Part shown: piece after piece, positions 63,713 through 64,000 of the stretch
Numbering within the stretch: the stretch's first letter is position 1
Layout of the letters: every line of letters starts with the position of its first letter
Assembly: GCA_964601265.1 (NCBI GenBank)
Contig: CAZRMT010000002.1
Coordinates: 2,560-66,559 of the forward strand
Source: an uncultured Christensenella sp.
Lineage (GTDB): Bacteria > Bacillota > Clostridia > Christensenellales > Borkfalkiaceae
Direction of reading: 5' to 3'
DNA: 64,000 nucleotides
The notes under the pieces: model-generated
The model's input: the letters and a program-made list of their open reading frames with translations, nothing else
Database searches by the model: none
Told to the model about the DNA's origin: nothing
Program-made: the position numbers and the translations under genes

Positions 63713-63742
63713 ATTATAACACAAGTTAACAATCGAAATCAA
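63713..63742 (-). promoter_or_regulatory. Putative lon promoter (TTGATT-18-TGT-TATAAT).
   Basis: The -35 is the complement of 63737..63742 and the -10 is the complement of 63713..63718, with an extended TG. Confidence 0.55.
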
Positions 63743-63764
63743 TCTAAATAACCTTCGTTTTGTA

Positions 63765-64000
63765 TTAGGTTTTACTTTTTTTAAGTTCGCTTATTTCGTC
63801 TAGCCAAATATCGGAATATGCGTCGCTAGGCATTCTCCAATCCCCACGGGGAGATAAAGAAACGGTGCCCACCTTTACCCCGTCGGGCACGCAAGAACGC
63901 TTAAATTGCTGATTGAAAAACCTTTTTACAAAAATTTCCAACCATTTCAGTATCGTATCGGAACTAAATTCGTCTTTAAACGTTCTCACCGCTATATTAT
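63765..64000 (-). CDS. Hypothetical protein; only the C-terminal part is visible because the 5' end lies beyond the right edge.
   Basis: The frame stays open from the stop at 63765 to the window end. The GTG at 63989 used by the ORF track is probably internal. The tail reads ..[37 protein letters not shown]. No family recognised. Confidence 0.5.
   Translation of the reverse strand, partial: NIAVRTFKDEFSSDTILKWLEIFVKRFFNQQFKRSCVPDGVKVGTVSLSPRGDWRMPSDAYSDIWLDEISELKKSKT

Noticed and set aside
1-64000. Searches for CRISPR arrays, tRNA/rRNA genes, IS elements or transposases, integrases, prophage genes, and toxin-antitoxin or restriction-modification defence genes.
   Set aside because: There are no direct-repeat/spacer arrays, no non-coding gap large enough for a structured RNA other than the riboswitch region, and no ORF with recombinase, nuclease or methylase signatures. 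The accessory islands show no flanking direct repeats that I could see.

Overview
This is an AT-rich, Clostridia-like (Bacillota) chromosomal segment. It uses the standard genetic code: TGA acts as a stop and there are several ATGA/TAATG start-stop overlaps. I support about 52 protein-coding genes, roughly 45 of them on the minus strand. I found no rRNA, tRNA, CRISPR array, transposase or integrase.

The core (13.2-51.7 kb and 58-64 kb) is housekeeping:
- rplS and metY-metA
- a cobalamin riboswitch in front of a DUF4430 lipoprotein and an ECF S-component-like membrane protein
- SLT-coaE-polA
- a CvpA-like membrane protein
- SDR-thyA-folA
- an XRE/cupin regulator followed by potABCD
- asparaginase, M16 peptidase and a CE4 deacetylase
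- whiA, a PHP phosphatase, murB, hup, uvrC, cca and mnmE
- a CPBP protease, proS, clpX, clpP, tig and rqcH
- an RluA-type pseudouridine synthase, feoAB, engB and lon

Two accessory islands stand out.
- Island A (1-13.1 kb) has two giant lipoproteins of 1072 and about 1469 aa. Each has an N-terminal Listeria-Bacteroides (Flg_new) repeat and reiterated Ig-like plus jelly-roll CBM-like cassettes, and each is followed by a LamG/DUF1080 + FIVAR-like secreted protein. One set also carries a secreted GH36 glycosidase.
- Island B (51.7-57.9 kb) has an 803-aa Flg_new + 3x LamG-like lipoprotein, a secreted Laminin_G_3-metallophosphoesterase fusion and a 283-aa Flg_new + LamG-like lipoprotein.

Each island is transcribed divergently from one member of a paralogous pair of regulators. 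These regulators have an ArsR-type winged helix fused to a ~220-aa C-terminal domain that I cannot assign to any family. This regulator + surface-lectin/hydrolase arrangement is my best candidate for an undescribed system. All functional calls come from motif recognition by eye; no database search was run.
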